Shown one piece after another: positions 15,180 to 31,600 of a DNA stretch of 64,000 nucleotides. Positions within the stretch are counted from its first letter, which is position 1. The number at the start of each line of letters is the position of its first letter. Under the pieces are notes generated by a model. The model made no database searches. It saw only the letters and a program-made list of their open reading frames with translations, and had not been told where the DNA came from. The position numbers and the translations under genes are program-made. The DNA is from the human T2T-CHM13v2.0 reference genome, Homo sapiens. The stretch lies in assembly GCF_009914755.1 (NCBI RefSeq), contig NC_060948.1; one strand, 5' to 3'.

Positions 15180-17125
15180 CCATTGAAGCTCTTTGACACT
15201 TCTCTGTTCTTTATTTGGATCCTTGCCTCTCCCATGGAAGTCTCATAGCCAACTAAAACCCACCTTCTTGAACTCTTGAAGACTTTAGGCTTTGCTAACT
15301 CTATATCCTTGTTGTTGGCATGCCTTTTTCAAGGATAATTTGGAATTTCAATGATCTTTGAGAAACTTAACATCTCCCTACACGGGTGCTCTTTGATATC
15401 TTCCTTCTTATTACTCATGTTTATTGTTTCTCCTCTCACTACTTTCGATCTTCTCTTTACCTTCCTTGAATCCTTTGACATATCCTCCTCCAGATCTCTC
15501 ATCATCCATTCTTCTATCTACCCCTAAATAAACCTGTCTCTTCCTATTTTAGCCTTCCAACTCTCAATAGTCAACAGAAATTTAGGCCCATTAACTCAGA
15601 GGCTCTTGAGGGACATGAGTATCTTCCCCACCCTCCAAAAAATTATTTGCCTGAAGTTGAAATAAAAAATGGATAATTAGAAGAGATTGAGTATTTTGTC
15701 TACCAAGCCTTTGGAGACATCCAGACTGCAACTAGATGTATTCTATGCCTAAAATGTATTCCTCTGGCTCCATAGATTAAATATTGGGGCAAAATAATAC
15801 CCTAAAAGTCTTCTTCACCAATACAGACAAAAGTTTTAGACCTATTGAATAGGCAACCTTGTTGCATTTGCCAGAAAAACAATTTAGATACAATATAATA
15901 TAGATATAAATCAGTTCATTTTGTATTACGCTATTGCCTCATTCTTGACTAAATTTTAGGAGAGCTATAAAGTATGTTTGTCTCTATCTATATTTTTATG
16001 CAAATATGCTGTGTGTGTGACATATTTCTACCTCTGGATATTATTACAAAGTTAATTTTTAATTACTTAAAAGGGTGCTATTCAAATTGGCTTAGAGATA
16101 AATAAGCATGATTGTGAATTACATACTCCTAATAATCCTAGAAATATGTATTCAATTTCACATGACTCATGCAAATATTTAGTATATAAGATTAGTTTAA
16201 ATTGTTTAATACAAACAGCTACATATTACGAATTGTTGCTATTATTAAGTATAAAAAAAGATTTGTGAGCCAGGCATGGTGGCTTATGCTTTTAAACCCA
16301 GCATTTTGGGAGGCTGAGGCAGGTGGATCATCTGGAGTCAGGAGTTTGAAACCAGCCTGGCCAACATTATGAAACCCCACCTCTACTAGAAATACAAAAA
16401 TTAGCCAGGAACGGTGGTAGACACCTGTAATCCCAGCTACTTGGGAGGCCCACGCAGGAGAATTGCTTGAACTCAGGAGGGAGACGTTGCAGTGAGCCAA
16501 AATCATGTCACTGCAGTCCAGCCTGGGCAAGAGGGCGAGATTTAGTCTAAAAAAAAAAAAAAAAGAGAGAGAGAGAGAGAGAATACTTTGTCATTTGTAT
16601 CCTTCTTGGATTTACTAATTTACTAGTTAAGCTGTGTTATGTCCACTGGACATTTAAGATTTTATAAACATTTATATGGCAATAGAGTCATTTCTGAAGT
16701 TCAGTAACAATGTATTCTCCTTTCAACAGAACCTAACTAGAACCTGGTTTTATTACAAAGCATTGTCTGAAATATCAAATACAGTTAAGAATGATTTGCA
16801 TAAAATCAGAGATAACCGGGCAGCTTTAAGAACTATAGTTGACTGTGGAGAAAATACTTACATGGCCCTCTTGGAAAAACCAGCCTTGTAATTGATTAGA
16901 GTTCCTGGCCTAAGATGTGAGAAAGACAGGTCACTTCTGGCAAGCTCTGGAGCTTCATGATATTTGGGGACTTTGAGAGGAAAGAATTTCAACCAAATGT
17001 ATAGGTTCTGAAAGGGAAGCCTGGTGGCAAGTTCCTGGCTTAGTTCCTAGTCTCAAGGCTTTAAAAAGCATAATCTGAAACTAATTATATAAAGTTCTCA
17101 AAAAGTAAACTGGAAAGGCCTCTGT
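15180..17125 (+). mobile_element. Decayed ERV1 (MER4-group-like) internal sequence, interrupted by an Alu
   Basis: Resemblance by eye to MER4-group internal motifs (aattggcttagagataaataagc; gatatttggggactttgagaggaaagaatt); no ORF. Confidence 0.5.
16268..16582 (+). mobile_element. AluS with A/(GA)n tail
   Basis: Alu consensus. Confidence 0.95.
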
Positions 17126-17126
17126 G

Positions 17127-17284
17127 GCCAGGCATGGTGGCTCACACCTATAATCCCAGCATATTCAGAGGCAGAGAATCACTTGAGCCCAGAAGTTCAA
17201 GACTAGCTTAGGCAACATGGTAAAACCCCATCCCCAAAATCAATCAGACAAACAAACAACATGCAAAATTAGCTAAGGATGATG
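17127..17284 (+). mobile_element. AluJ left arm truncated at a deletion junction
   Basis: Paralog of the fuller AluJ at 25639-25905. Confidence 0.85.
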
Positions 17285-18981
17285 GGAACGTGTATGAATT
17301 CTGCTTGCATAAGTTAAAGCAGGAAATTTTAAATTATCAACTTCTATTGATAAAACATAACTAACTTACAACTTAAATGCCACTTAACTATTTACCTTAA
17401 AATATATAAGTTTGTTATGTGAATTTCAACACCACAACAAAAGTCAACTGTTTTTCCATTTTTCCTTTACCTATCCTTAGTTGTATAACCATCATCTCTT
17501 GGTGACACATGGTCATTTCTCTGGGAACAGACTGGCTCTCTGCATAGAAGACCTCCATAATTCTCTCATCAACCTGATGTGGGAAATTTAACAATAAAAT
17601 AATTAAACATTATGTAAAGAACACGAAATCTGAAACATGACTTTTTCTTCTCTAAAACAAATTTTTAAAATTATTTCTTGTATGACTCCATTCTTCCTTC
17701 CTTAAATTACTAGACATTCATGACAACTTAAATATTTCTTCTGACTTTGGATAATCCCATGGGTCCACAAGGCCACCTCTAATGAAGCTGAAGGCAGACA
17801 TTAATTCTTAGGTAAAAGTTTATTTTTAATTGTTAATAACTATTTAGTTATTATTTTTCTTTTCATATGAATTACTGATGACTACTAATGAGGCAGGGAA
17901 AACATGTAAATCCATCAAACTTTTCACTGAATATAAAGTTTACATATGTTTATATTTTACATATTATTACATTTGTTTATATTTTATATTATATGTTACC
18001 TTTCTCAGCTGAAGAAGGTAAATTTTCCCATGTTATTCAATCCATCCCACACACACAAATATTGCTAACTTTTAACTGCTGAAGGCTAAAATTCTACATA
18101 AAAGTGCTGCTTTATCTCTAAGCAATTAGCTCTATCTTAAATACTGACAAATTTTAATGTACCAGTGCAGCTCTTCTAATGATGTCCAATATTTATTTTT
18201 ACTGCAATTAGCAATACTCTTAAAGGGGTCATTACAATATTGTACCTCTTTCAAAAATAGAAAACTTCCTCCTTTAACATAGTCTTCACATGCTAATTTG
18301 TAGAGGTCAGTCTTTCAACTTTGATGTGTTCGCTGGCTAGTCTTCTAATGGAAATGTGCTGGCTTGTGTATTCTGACATCAATAAATACTTAAGTTCACT
18401 GATACTCTGAAGTGAAATGTAAAACTTAAAATGGCAGTTTTCAATTTCCTCCATATTATGATGGAGGGCTAGGTAAGAATTTTAATTTGTTCTGCTTAAA
18501 TTTCTTTGCTAAGAACTGTTACTTTATTGTCTTGCTTTCTTCTGTTCAGTCTGAAATCTTAAACTTCTTCTTCTCAAAAATATTACTTCTATTCAATCCT
18601 ACTATTCACCTCATGCTGCTTATAACTAAATTCTCTCTTCAAATCCTACACTAAGGATCCTGTGTTAAGGTTTCAACATCCCTATACAATCTTAATGATT
18701 GTACACACCCCATATATTTACACCACCCATATATTAATATACACCATATCTTAACTCACACCCCCCATACATTTAACTACTCTACACTTTTGTTTTATGC
18801 ACTTAACTTAAAAATGCTGGACTCCTTCAATTCTACCTTGCAAGCCTTAATTTTATTAATAGATATTATTTAAGCCCAGTGATTACTTATCTGTAAAATG
18901 CTCTTTTAGTTTTTAGTGTCCTCACATAACCAGTAAGAATGCCTTTCACATAAATATTATTGAGGTCTCAGAACCTGGATG

Positions 18982-19280
18982 GCCAGGTGCAGTAGCTCAC
19001 ACTGTGAGCCAGTGTGGAAGGCTGAGGCAGCTGGACAGCTTGAGCCCAGGGCTTTAATGTCAGCTATGACAATGTAATGAGATCCTATCTCTACAAAAAT
19101 ATAGAAAAAAGAAAGCAAATTTAGCTATGTGTGGTGGAGCATGCCTGTAGCCACAGCAATGCAGGAGGCTGAAACAGGACAATTGCTTGAGCCCAGGAAT
19201 TTGAGGCCATAGTGAGCTGTCATCTCACCAAAGCGCTTTGGCCTTGTGAGAGCAAGATTTCAATCCAACAAAAAAACTGA
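18982..19280 (+). mobile_element. AluJ in RBMY intron 5, shared by all three paralogs
   Basis: Counterparts at 31813-32105 and 59425-59735. Confidence 0.88.
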
Positions 19281-19444
19281 ACAAACAATTATTAGGTTGG
19301 CACACTGCGGGATCACTACCAAGGGAACCAGAAAATGGAAGAATTCATTAGGTTAAGAATCCTACCATCAAAGAAGACTGCCAGGAACTTTAAGAAAAAT
19401 TAAGAGGAATTATCTAACAAACACAGGATTAAAACTAATGTTTG

Positions 19445-19786
<342 letters not shown>

Positions 19787-20379
19787 TTAAATATGTAAAC
19801 ACAATCTACATAAATAAAAAATATATTAGGAGAAAAATGATAAATTACTGTTCATGTAATTCTCGTATGAGGGAAGCTTTTTCAAAACATATCATAAGGG
19901 TACACCAAATGCCATTCAAAGAAACACAAATATTTACAAAATCAAAAAATGACACCTCAGAAAAATATAGTATCTGTAAAATTTGTATCATAAGATATAA
20001 TTCTTACAAATCCATTATCAAATATTAATTTTTAGTGTAGGCTATGGTCAATTTTAATTGCAATTAAGAATTTAAATTGCAATTAAATTTAAATTGCAAT
20101 TAAGAATTGCATATTAAATAATGGAAAACATTTTCATATATCTATAAAAAATGTAGATGTATTCTAATGCCCTAGTGGTGTCACAGGTAAGAAAATGCAT
20201 ATTCTAATACATGGCAGAATAGCATTAATCTTTGCCCTCAGGATCAATTGAGAAAAATAAAATACCGTAAAGCCATGTACCTTAAAATGGAGCAAACACT
20301 GCAATTTCAACCTTAGGAAACATATCAAATGAATTACACATCGGGTTATTAAAACTCAAATTAAACATTAGATTTTTGA

Positions 20380-20769
<390 letters not shown>

Positions 20770-23700
20770 TGACCCCTCATTGCTATTGAGTAAATCATTC
20801 ATAAATACCATTTTCAGTGATTTTCCTCCAGCAAACAAAGATACATATATATTTGTGAAGCAGTGGTTTTTAGAATTTTCCTGAGTCACAGACTGTTGAA
20901 AAACTGAAGTTATGGATTTCTTAAATGCAAAATGCTTTATGGCACGCCAGTGTGCAAATTATCCATATCAAAATGGCAAAGGAATACATTTGTATTGATA
21001 TTTCCATGTGTATACACAAATAACAAATATTGCAAGATCAATCCTAAAATAATGACTTACTTATTTCCCATTGGAAGGTTTTCCAGATTCTATCATATTT
21101 TGGTAGTACATTTTATATGAAGTTCTGGGCCCCAGAGTAAGAAACTCTAAAGCATAATGAATATAAATGAGTCTGCAGAAAACCTGTTGAGTACAGGCAA
21201 TCGACATTAATGAATTCAATTTAGTTTTAAATGTGACATTTCAATGCAAAGTAATTAAGATTTTAAAATGAAATTTTCACATTATTTCAATCATTCTTTT
21301 AATACATCTTTAGTACTTACAAAGAAATTTGCTCATTATCAGTAAATTAATGTTCTGTACATGAAATAAACAAAATTGAGAAGTTTTGATATCTTCAAAC
21401 TGACTGTCTTTTAGTCCTATGGTTCCATCTTTATAATTTAAAACATTACCCAAATGTCCTTCATATGAGGGATGCAACCCTTTTGTTCCTCCACTACCTC
21501 CTTTTGCAGATCTCAGACTTCCTGAAGGCTCCTGCTTCTCCAAGAAGGTGGTGGTCTTCACCTAACATCACTTTGAAAAGACGGTTTGTTGACTTGTCCT
21601 ACTTTTATTGCTTTTCCACAGAAAGACTAAAAGTATTAAGTATCCTATCAATAACATTGTCACATTTAACCTAAACACATTTTACAAACATTTTTGTATC
21701 CACTATATTTCAGTTCTAGATATTTTCTCCCAAAGCAAATATATTTTTTTTCCTGAAATGACCATGTCTTTCACAATGCAAAGTTTGAGATATTTACTGA
21801 GCACATGCCTTCCATTAAGGGATCAAATACAAATTCTATTATTGAAATTCCTTGAAAAGTTTTCCAGTATTAAAAATAACACCTCAAAAAAATTAACCTA
21901 TCACATATTCTATGTGATAATGCAGCACATCTCTTTTTTACAATATGTAATCTATTTCATCTTTGTATTCACATCACTTATTTGTTTCAGTGTCCCAAGG
22001 ATATATGAAAGACTGTCATCTAAAAATAGAGGATTTTTTATTCAAAGTCATTAGCCATATTATTTGTTCTGAATAGTTTCTTGTTTGTTCTGCTAACCAC
22101 TTACATAAAATGTCCCAATATGATTTACAATTCAATATTTACTCTAGCTCTCTTTCTGTAAATGTGATCCTTGTTTGCCCTCATTCAGGTTTTTTGCCTT
22201 ACTCACTTCTTATCTTGCCTTAGAAGTGTCCCTAATAAATGACTCTTAATATAGTACTTCATGTTATTTCTCAGAAATGCTTAAATGTGCTAATTAATTT
22301 CATAATAACTTTCTTCAGTTTAATCTTTTCTATAGGCAAAGGTGGGTTTTAGAAAAAATGTCAGCAAAAATTGTATTTAAAACTTACATTGCTTTGTTAT
22401 TTGGGGGAAGATCTTAAATCCTTTCCAAGATCTCTTGCAGTCACATAGCCAGTCATTGAAACTTTGGGACTTCTTTTGTTATTTCTGGGCCCAAAATATG
22501 TTCCCCAGATTTGCACATGACTGCTTCCTTCCCACTATTTGGAAGTCAGTCAGACTTTCTTAAACTGTTCATTCCCCCTGAAACCTCTAAGTACTTCCTT
22601 TATTTCTCCTCTTAACTTCTGTGTGCATATTACATTTATATTTATTCTTACACAATAAGATATATTAGATGAAGTAATTTAGAAATAACATCTACAGTAA
22701 TCACCTGTTCTTGTGCTTGAAAACTATGGGGAAAAAGAAATTATCATAGATTACTATACATAAGTCAAAATTGTTTCCATACCTACAAAACCATGAGCCA
22801 AAAGCAACTTTCAGTTTCTACTAAACTTAAAATATGATAGTATAACCTGAATAAAAATGTACTCCTGCTATGTACCAGGAAGTGTGCTAGATGTAACAGA
22901 AACAAAAGAAACTAGGAAAACTTAAAATATGCACTAAACACAATTTAACAATCAACAGATCAGTACTTGGTACAGTAAGACCAAAATACCCACAATATAC
23001 AATGAAGAAGAAAATGTAAAATCTAAGCTGTTTTTGGAGCATAAATTACTATTTGCGAGATGTATGCCAGGAAGAAAAACTCTCAAGAAGTCCAAAAAAC
23101 ATATTAGTGATAGCATAAAGAGTAATGGGAACTAAAAACAGATTGGGACAATGTTATGAAACAAAAATCTCCAAAGTATCCAGAATGCAATGATTTTGAC
23201 GGTAATATAAAGGAATTCAGTAGGTAATGGAATGACACACAAGTTTAAAGCTGTAATAAACACACAATCCCCAGAATTTAAGATTCAATAAGACAGAACC
23301 ATGGGTTGGATCAAAATAAGTCCTCAAACACACTGGGAAAATGAATAATTTGGTATTCATGTTACATAAATCACTCTGGTGAGAGAAGAAAAATGTTTTT
23401 AGGAGAAAAAGAGCAAAGATGGAGCAAAAATACCAGTTAGTAGTTCTGTTACCCAACTTCAATGTTCTCATATTATTTTCTACTTTCAAGTACTTAACAC
23501 TTTCTTAAATGTAAAGGTCTTGTTCAGATACACTTTCTCAAGAATGTATTTTCAGAAAATGTGAAAGAATCTTTCCTTCTTATGAGTCTGTCTAGATGTC
23601 TCTCTATGGAAGATTTCCATCTTGTAAGTCTGTCTAGCTGTCTATCTATAGTTTGTCTATGCAATAGAAATATTTCCATGAATTGGAAGTAATTCCATTA

Positions 23701-24395
23701 ATAGTATTTAATAAATACTGACTTATTTGTCTCATTTTTGTGAGAGTTACTTCTAAGTTTTAAAGCTGCTTGAAAGCTTTGAAAATCTATTTACACTTGT
23801 ATTGAAATACTAACATACAAATAGGGTTACCAAGTATTAATTTATGTAACATTTATTCCAATATCCTTCCAACTACACTTGCACTTATATGGCAAAAAGA
23901 AGAGGATGGCTAAAGCATTTCAGATCATATGACATTATGATATCTTCAAAAGTTTAGTAATACGAGAAAGACCTTGAAATGCTGTTAAGTGAAGAAGAGT
24001 TAATATATTATTAATAAGGGACTCATCTGCAGCATTCTCAGAATAAATGCAAAGCTTCTGAAACTGCTGGTTTCCCAATCATTTATGGTAAGAAGTAAAA
24101 TATATGAAAACATTTTGCATTTATATAGTGGACTCATCATAGTACTAACAAATGAAAAACAAAATTGCATTTCACATCATTACTATGATTCTTAATACTA
24201 AGTCACCTCTATAGTCAGCCTGTCTTATTCCAGTTTGCTCCCTACCTCCACAACACATTTACTTTTGCTCATTTTCCTTTCTCACTAGTAGGTGACCTTT
24301 ATGACAGACCCTTTACCTGCTGCCATGAGAATTTTCCCAACATCAAATAGAAACTTGAAAATAACAGTTTAAAAACAAACAAATATTTTAATTTA

Positions 24396-24755
<360 letters not shown>

Positions 24756-25315
24756 CTATATTTAGATAACAATAAATAAGTCAAAAGTATAAAATTTTAT
24801 TACATACTGTGTTGAAAACTCAAGTGAAATTCCCTTACAAAGGCTGACATCTTTTTAGTATTACTTGACTTTGAATATGTAAAATTTGTAACATGCAGAG
24901 CGAAAGGGGCACTGACTTCATAGACAAATGCTGCATTTTAATACGTACCTGGCAAAAACTTGTTTGTAAAAATGAGAGGAGAAAAGCTATTGTAATTTTC
25001 TTAAACTGCAATACGCAGGATACCCATTTAAATAATTTCATTTGAAAACTATATACTGTACAATGTGATGTTTTGTGTATTTTTTTCTTGAGTTGTAAAT
25101 TTCCTGTTGGCAACTTGCACTGCTCACTGCAGCCTCCTCTGCAGAGCTTCAAGTGATCCTCCGACTTCTCAGCTACTTGAGTAGCTACAGGCTCTCGCTA
25201 TCAGAGCTAGTAGGCAATTTTTTTGTGTGTTTCTTTAATGGACATGGGTTTCCCCATGGTACCCAAGCTGGTCTCAAACTTGGGTTAAGTTAAGTTAAGA
25301 TCTACCTCTCCCTCC

Positions 25316-25905
25316 AAATCAGAGATAACCAGGCAACTTTAAGAACTAAAGTTGACTGTGGAGAAAATACTTAGACAGCCCTCTTGGAACATCAGCCTGG
25401 TAATTGGTTAGAGCTCCTAGCTTAAGAGGTGAGAAAGACAGGTCACTTCTGGGCAAGCTCTGGAACCTCACGATACTTGGGGACTTTGAGAGGAAAGGTA
25501 TTCAACCAAGTGTATAGGTTCTGAAAGGGAAGCCTGGTGGCAAGTTCCTGGCTTAGTTCCTAGTCTCAAAGCTTTAAAAATTCTAATCTGAAACTAATTA
25601 TATAAAGTTCTCACCTAGTAAACTGGAAAGGCCTCTGTGGCCAGACATGGTGGAAGACACCTGTAATCCCAGCACATTCAGAGGCAGAGGTGGGAGAATC
25701 ACTTGAGCCCAGAAGTTCAAGGCTAGCCTAGGCACGTGGTAAAACCCCATCTCCAAAATCAAACAAGCAAACAAACAACATACAAAATTAGCCAAGCATG
25801 ATGGTTTGCACCTGTGGTCTCAGCTACTCAGGAGGATGAGGTGGGAGGATCACTTGGGCCCATGAGTTTGAGACTACAGTGAGCTGGACATTGTCTCAAA
25901 TTTAA
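25316..25905 (+). repeat. Second copy of the ERV-internal + AluJ block (start of tandem-duplication copy 2)
   Basis: Colinear with 16803-17284 (aaatcagagataacc...gaaaggcctctgtggccag...). Confidence 0.92.
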
Positions 25906-26098
25906 AAAATAAATTATATATATAATAAATTTTATATTATATATAAAATAATAGATAACTTATTTATATTATAATTTATATCATTCATTTATATAAAGTT
26001 AAATATAAATATAAATTTATAAAATATAAATAAAATAAATATATTTATATAAATTTATTTATATGCATTTAATTTTTTACATATAATTTATAATTATA
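25906..26098. repeat. AT-rich low-complexity tract
   Basis: Almost entirely A/T, following the Alu tail. Confidence 0.9.
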
Positions 26099-26589
26099 CC
26101 TTTGTGGTCAATGACAGTTCTTAATGCACTTAGGTAAAAAATGAGGACAAATCTAGTCAGACCAGACTTATCTGGTGAACAAGAGTCAAGAGAAGTAACT
26201 TCAGAGAGAATTTTGTTTCAATGCAAAACTAAAACACACCCCCATGTGAGTTGTCTTACGTATTTTATTAGTCTACAACTTCAATTCTCATTTCATTCAA
26301 TGTATAGCTACAAGTTTCTAAACTAAAATTTCAACACTGGGTCCCCCTTTCATGATTTAGCATCACTGAAAACCAAAACTGCCCAATTGTCCCCAAACCT
26401 TGTAAGCTGAAAGTGGATGACTACATATGAACAATCTGAAAAATCATTTTCATGCCTTTAATACCTGATGCCAACACTGGAGGCATTAAAAACTGCAAAC
26501 CAAAGAATTAATTAAATCATCACTGCTATCCTCACTCCACCATCTAAAAAATACTTTAAGCTGAACATGTGGAAGTGTCAATTGGCTTC

Positions 26590-27350
<761 letters not shown>

Positions 27351-27614
27351 GTAAAAAAAAATTAACCTATTATTCATTCAAAAGCATTATGTTCCTATGA
27401 AAAATGATGCAATAAGGCTTTCGCTCTTGTTACATAAAGGGTTTTCAGCATTTATTCTAACTTCTGAAACAGAATCCCTGTTCCAAGATTGATAAATTAT
27501 ATATTGCTGGTTACTCTTCTGTTTCCCATACCTTTTAATCATTATGACAGAATGTTTCATGCAGATAATTCGGGTTAAAAAAGCCTAGGGACAGAGTATC
27601 ATAGACACCTTCTC

Positions 27615-27910
27615 CTTTTTTTATTTTTTTTATCAGTGTCTCGCTTTGTCACACAGGCTAAAATGCAGTGGTGTAAACAGACTCACTGCAGCCTGGAACT
27701 CATGGGCTCAAGCAATCCTCCCGCCTCAGCCCCCAAGGATCTGGGACTACACTGATGCACTACCACATCCAGCAATTTTTTGTCTATTTTATACAGACAA
27801 GATTTCTCCATGTTGCCCAGGCTGGCCTCAAACTCCTGAGTTGAAGCGATATGCCCACCTCAGCCACCCAAAATGCTGGGATTACAGACCTAAGCCATCA
27901 CACCTGGATA
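27615..27910 (-). mobile_element. AluJ
   Basis: Reverse AluJ features (tgggctcaagcaatcctccc). Confidence 0.88.
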
Positions 27911-28417
27911 GGCAGTATTTCTCCTGTTGCTGCTGTGAAGATACACAAGCCCAGGGAGTTGTATCTTTTCACTTAATCCTCACAATCCTATATTATAGGT
28001 GAATGTTAACACAATTTCATAACGTAAATAACTCACTTGAAAAATCAAAGTTAGTAACTTCTCACTTTAAAATTATTTGCCACCTTACCCTATAAAAATT
28101 ATGATCTTGTCAAAATTTTCTCATAAAGATATGTCCTCTTTACAGATTAGTCTGTTAATTTTAAGAATTATGGACTGTAAAGTTCTGGATCTTCATATAT
28201 TTCATTTATTTAGCTTGTATGTTCAGGAAAATTAATTGGTTTACTTATTTGGGTCCAAATCTTTCCAGTTTTATCATTAGATGATATATTAAACTGTTAA
28301 GCAATTGCCTATCTGAAACTTTATGATGTTGTTTCATGTTTTATATGCTTCACTTTCCAAAAAACCATGAGATTTAAAGCATTTCTATTCATATCTTCAC
28401 TTAAATTTGATAGTAGG

Positions 28418-28690
28418 AGCCTGTTGGCTCATGCCTGTAATCCTAGCACTTTGGGAGGCCAAGGAGGGTGAATCAGGATTTTAAGACTTGTCTGGCCAGC
28501 TGTCTGTACTAAAAATGCAAAATTTAGCCAGCTTTGGTAGCACACAGCTGTAAACCCACTTACTCATGATGCTGAGGCAGGAGAATAGCTTGAACCCAGA
28601 AAGTTGTGGTCACAGTGAGCCAAGATCCAGGCACTGCACCCCAGCTTGGGAAACAAAAGCTAGACTCCATCCAAAACAAAAAACAAAAAA
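28418..28690 (+). mobile_element. AluS (degenerate)
   Basis: Alu consensus. Confidence 0.88.
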
Positions 28691-31600
28691 CCTGATCAAA
28701 TCCCAAGCCTTCTAGATAATTTCTATTTGCAAGAACTTATTGCTAAGCCATTACTTACAACAACCATTGTCAAATATTATAGGAAATAATTAACATGAGT
28801 ACCTCCCACATAAAACACTTATTTTCCACTATTTAAAACTAGGAAGACTTAATTTCATTAAACTATATACTTAGGAAACGTAGCTGGTTCCGTTTTTATT
28901 TAGGTTGAAAAAAATGTTTCATCACCATTATCCCCCTTCAGTCACAGAATGCTTCAAGAAAAATGTTATGGATGTCTTAAACTTTAATATAAAACATATC
29001 TAATTATTTCTTTTGACCCACATGATTCCTCTGAATGATAAACAATTTATGGTGAGGCAGACAGTTTTTTAGTCTTTCTGAAGAGTTCTCAAACTTTTAA
29101 AGCTTGTAAGTTTTTAAAGAGAAACACAGCCAAATTAGAAAAGGTGTGCAGCTTGCAAGGGAGATGTAACCTATGCCTACTTTTGTATCTATTTATATGC
29201 AAAGCTACAAAGAAAATTTTTGACAAAAAACACAGTTTAATTTCCTATTTAATTTGCTTTTAAGCATGTGTAGCAATAAAATCAGGCATTAGGCATTACA
29301 TGTATAATTTTAATCTGAAAATTTTAATACAGCCATATCATCTAAACAGATAGTTTTCAAATAACACTAACAATTATGAAATTACTTTGAAAAAAGTTCC
29401 TTTTCATCTTAATACCTCAAAAAATTCATGGAGGAAGTTAAGATCTACCTCTCCCTCCAAAATCAACATTTTGTTTTAGTGGTACTCATGTAATGATGTA
29501 GAAATGACATTTTAATTTTTGATTTGCAAGCAAGGATTGTATGCAATAACTACTATTTTTCTTTTCTTTATTTTTTTCTTTTTATTTTGTGAGACCATTT
29601 TGCTTTGTTGCCCAGGCTGGAGTGCAGTGCTGAAAAAGCACATGGAACAAATAATCATAATCAGTTATTCAGAAAATACATTTCAAACCAAAATGAAATA
29701 CCATACTTCACACATACTGGAATGGAAATAAATTTTAAATAGCAGGAAATATCAAGTGTTTGAGAGCATGTAGATAATTTGGAACCCTGACACAATGCTA
29801 GCTGCAATGGACAATGATGCAGCTGCTATGGAGAAATGTGGTTGTTCCTCAAGAAAACAAAGTTATCATAGGACCAAGCAATTCCACTCATATATACCGA
29901 GAGTTGAATAAGTATACCCAAACACATATGTATATATGGAAATATGGTAGTGGAAACAACCCAAACAAAATAATGAGTTAGCAGCTTGTGTAAATGAACC
30001 TTCATGGCATCATGCAAACAAAAGGAGACAGTTATAAAATGTCCTGTGGTGTTTGGGCCCATTAACATGAAATGCCCAGAACAGCTAAGTTCAGAGGCAG
30101 AAAACAGATTGTTGTTTACTAGTGGCTGACAGAAGGGAGAAAGTGAAAGGAACTGCTTAACTGGTAGTGGAGTTGTAGTTTGGAGTGATGAAAATGTTTT
30201 GGAACTAGTTGGAGGTAGCTGTTGCACAACACAGAATATATTAAATGCCAATTAACTATTTACCTTTAAATGTTAAAGTTTGTTATGTGAATTTCATCAC
30301 CACAACAGAAGTCAACTATTTTTCCATTTTTTCTTAACCTATCCTTAGTTGCATAACCCTCATCTCTTAATGACACATGGTCATTTCTCCAGGAAGAGAC
30401 TGACTCTGCGTGGAGGACCTCCAGAATTCTCTCATCCACATGACATGGGACATTTAATGTTAAAATAATTAAATATTATATAAAGAACACAAAATCTGAA
30501 ACACAATTTTTTCTTCTCTGAAACAACTTTTAAAAATTATTTCTTGAATCACTCCATTCTTCTTTCTCTAAATTACTAGACATTCATGACAACTTCAATA
30601 TTTCTTATGGCTTTGGATAATCCCATGGCTCCACAAGGCCAGTTCTTCTAACAAAGCTGAAGGCAGACATTAATTCTTTGGTAAAAGTTCACTTTAATTG
30701 TTAATAACCAGTTAGTTACTATTTTTTCTTTTTATATGAATTACTGATGACTACTAATGATAACAGGCAAAACCTGTAAAACCATCAAACTCTCCACTGA
30801 ATATAAAGTTTACATATATTGTCCTTTCTCAGCTGAAGAAGGTTATCCCGTGTTGTTCAATCCATCTCACAAGCACCAATATTGCTACCTTTGAACTACT
30901 GCATGCCAAAATTCTACATAAAAGTGCTCCTTTATCTCTAAGTGATTGGCTGTATCTTAAATGTTGACAAATTAAAATGTACTAGTGCAGCTCTTCTAAT
31001 GATGTCCAATATTTATTTTTACTGCAATTAGCAATAGTCTTAAAGGGATAATTACAATATTGTAACTCTTTCAAAAATAGAAAACTTCCTCCTTTGACAT
31101 ACTCTTCACATGCTAATTCATAGAAGTCAGTCTTTCACCTATGATGTGTTTGCTGGCTAGTCTTCTAATGGAAATGTGCTGGCTTGTGTATTCTGAAATC
31201 AATAAATACTTAACTTCACTGATACTCTACATGAGAAATGTAAAATTGAAAACGGCAGTTTTCAATTTCCTCCATATTATGATGGAGGGCTAGGTAAGGA
31301 TTTTAACTTGTTCTGTTTAAATTTCTTTACTAAGATCTGTTACTTTATGGTCTTGTTTTCTTCTGTTCACTCTGAAATCTCACACTTCTCTTTCTCAAAA
31401 ATATTACTTCTATTCAATCCTACTGTTCACCTAATGCTGCTTAGAACTAAATTCTCTCCTGAAATAACTGAAGTCCTACACTAAGTATCTTGTGTTAAGG
31501 TTTTAACATCCCTGTACCATCTTAACAATTGTACACCCCCTCCATATATTTACACTCTCCATACATTAATTTACACCATATCTTAATTTACATCCCCCAT

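Noticed and set aside
18700-18790. Short cacaccccatatattta-type degenerate repeats in copies A and B, reduced in RBMY1
   Set aside because: Minor intronic minisatellite variation
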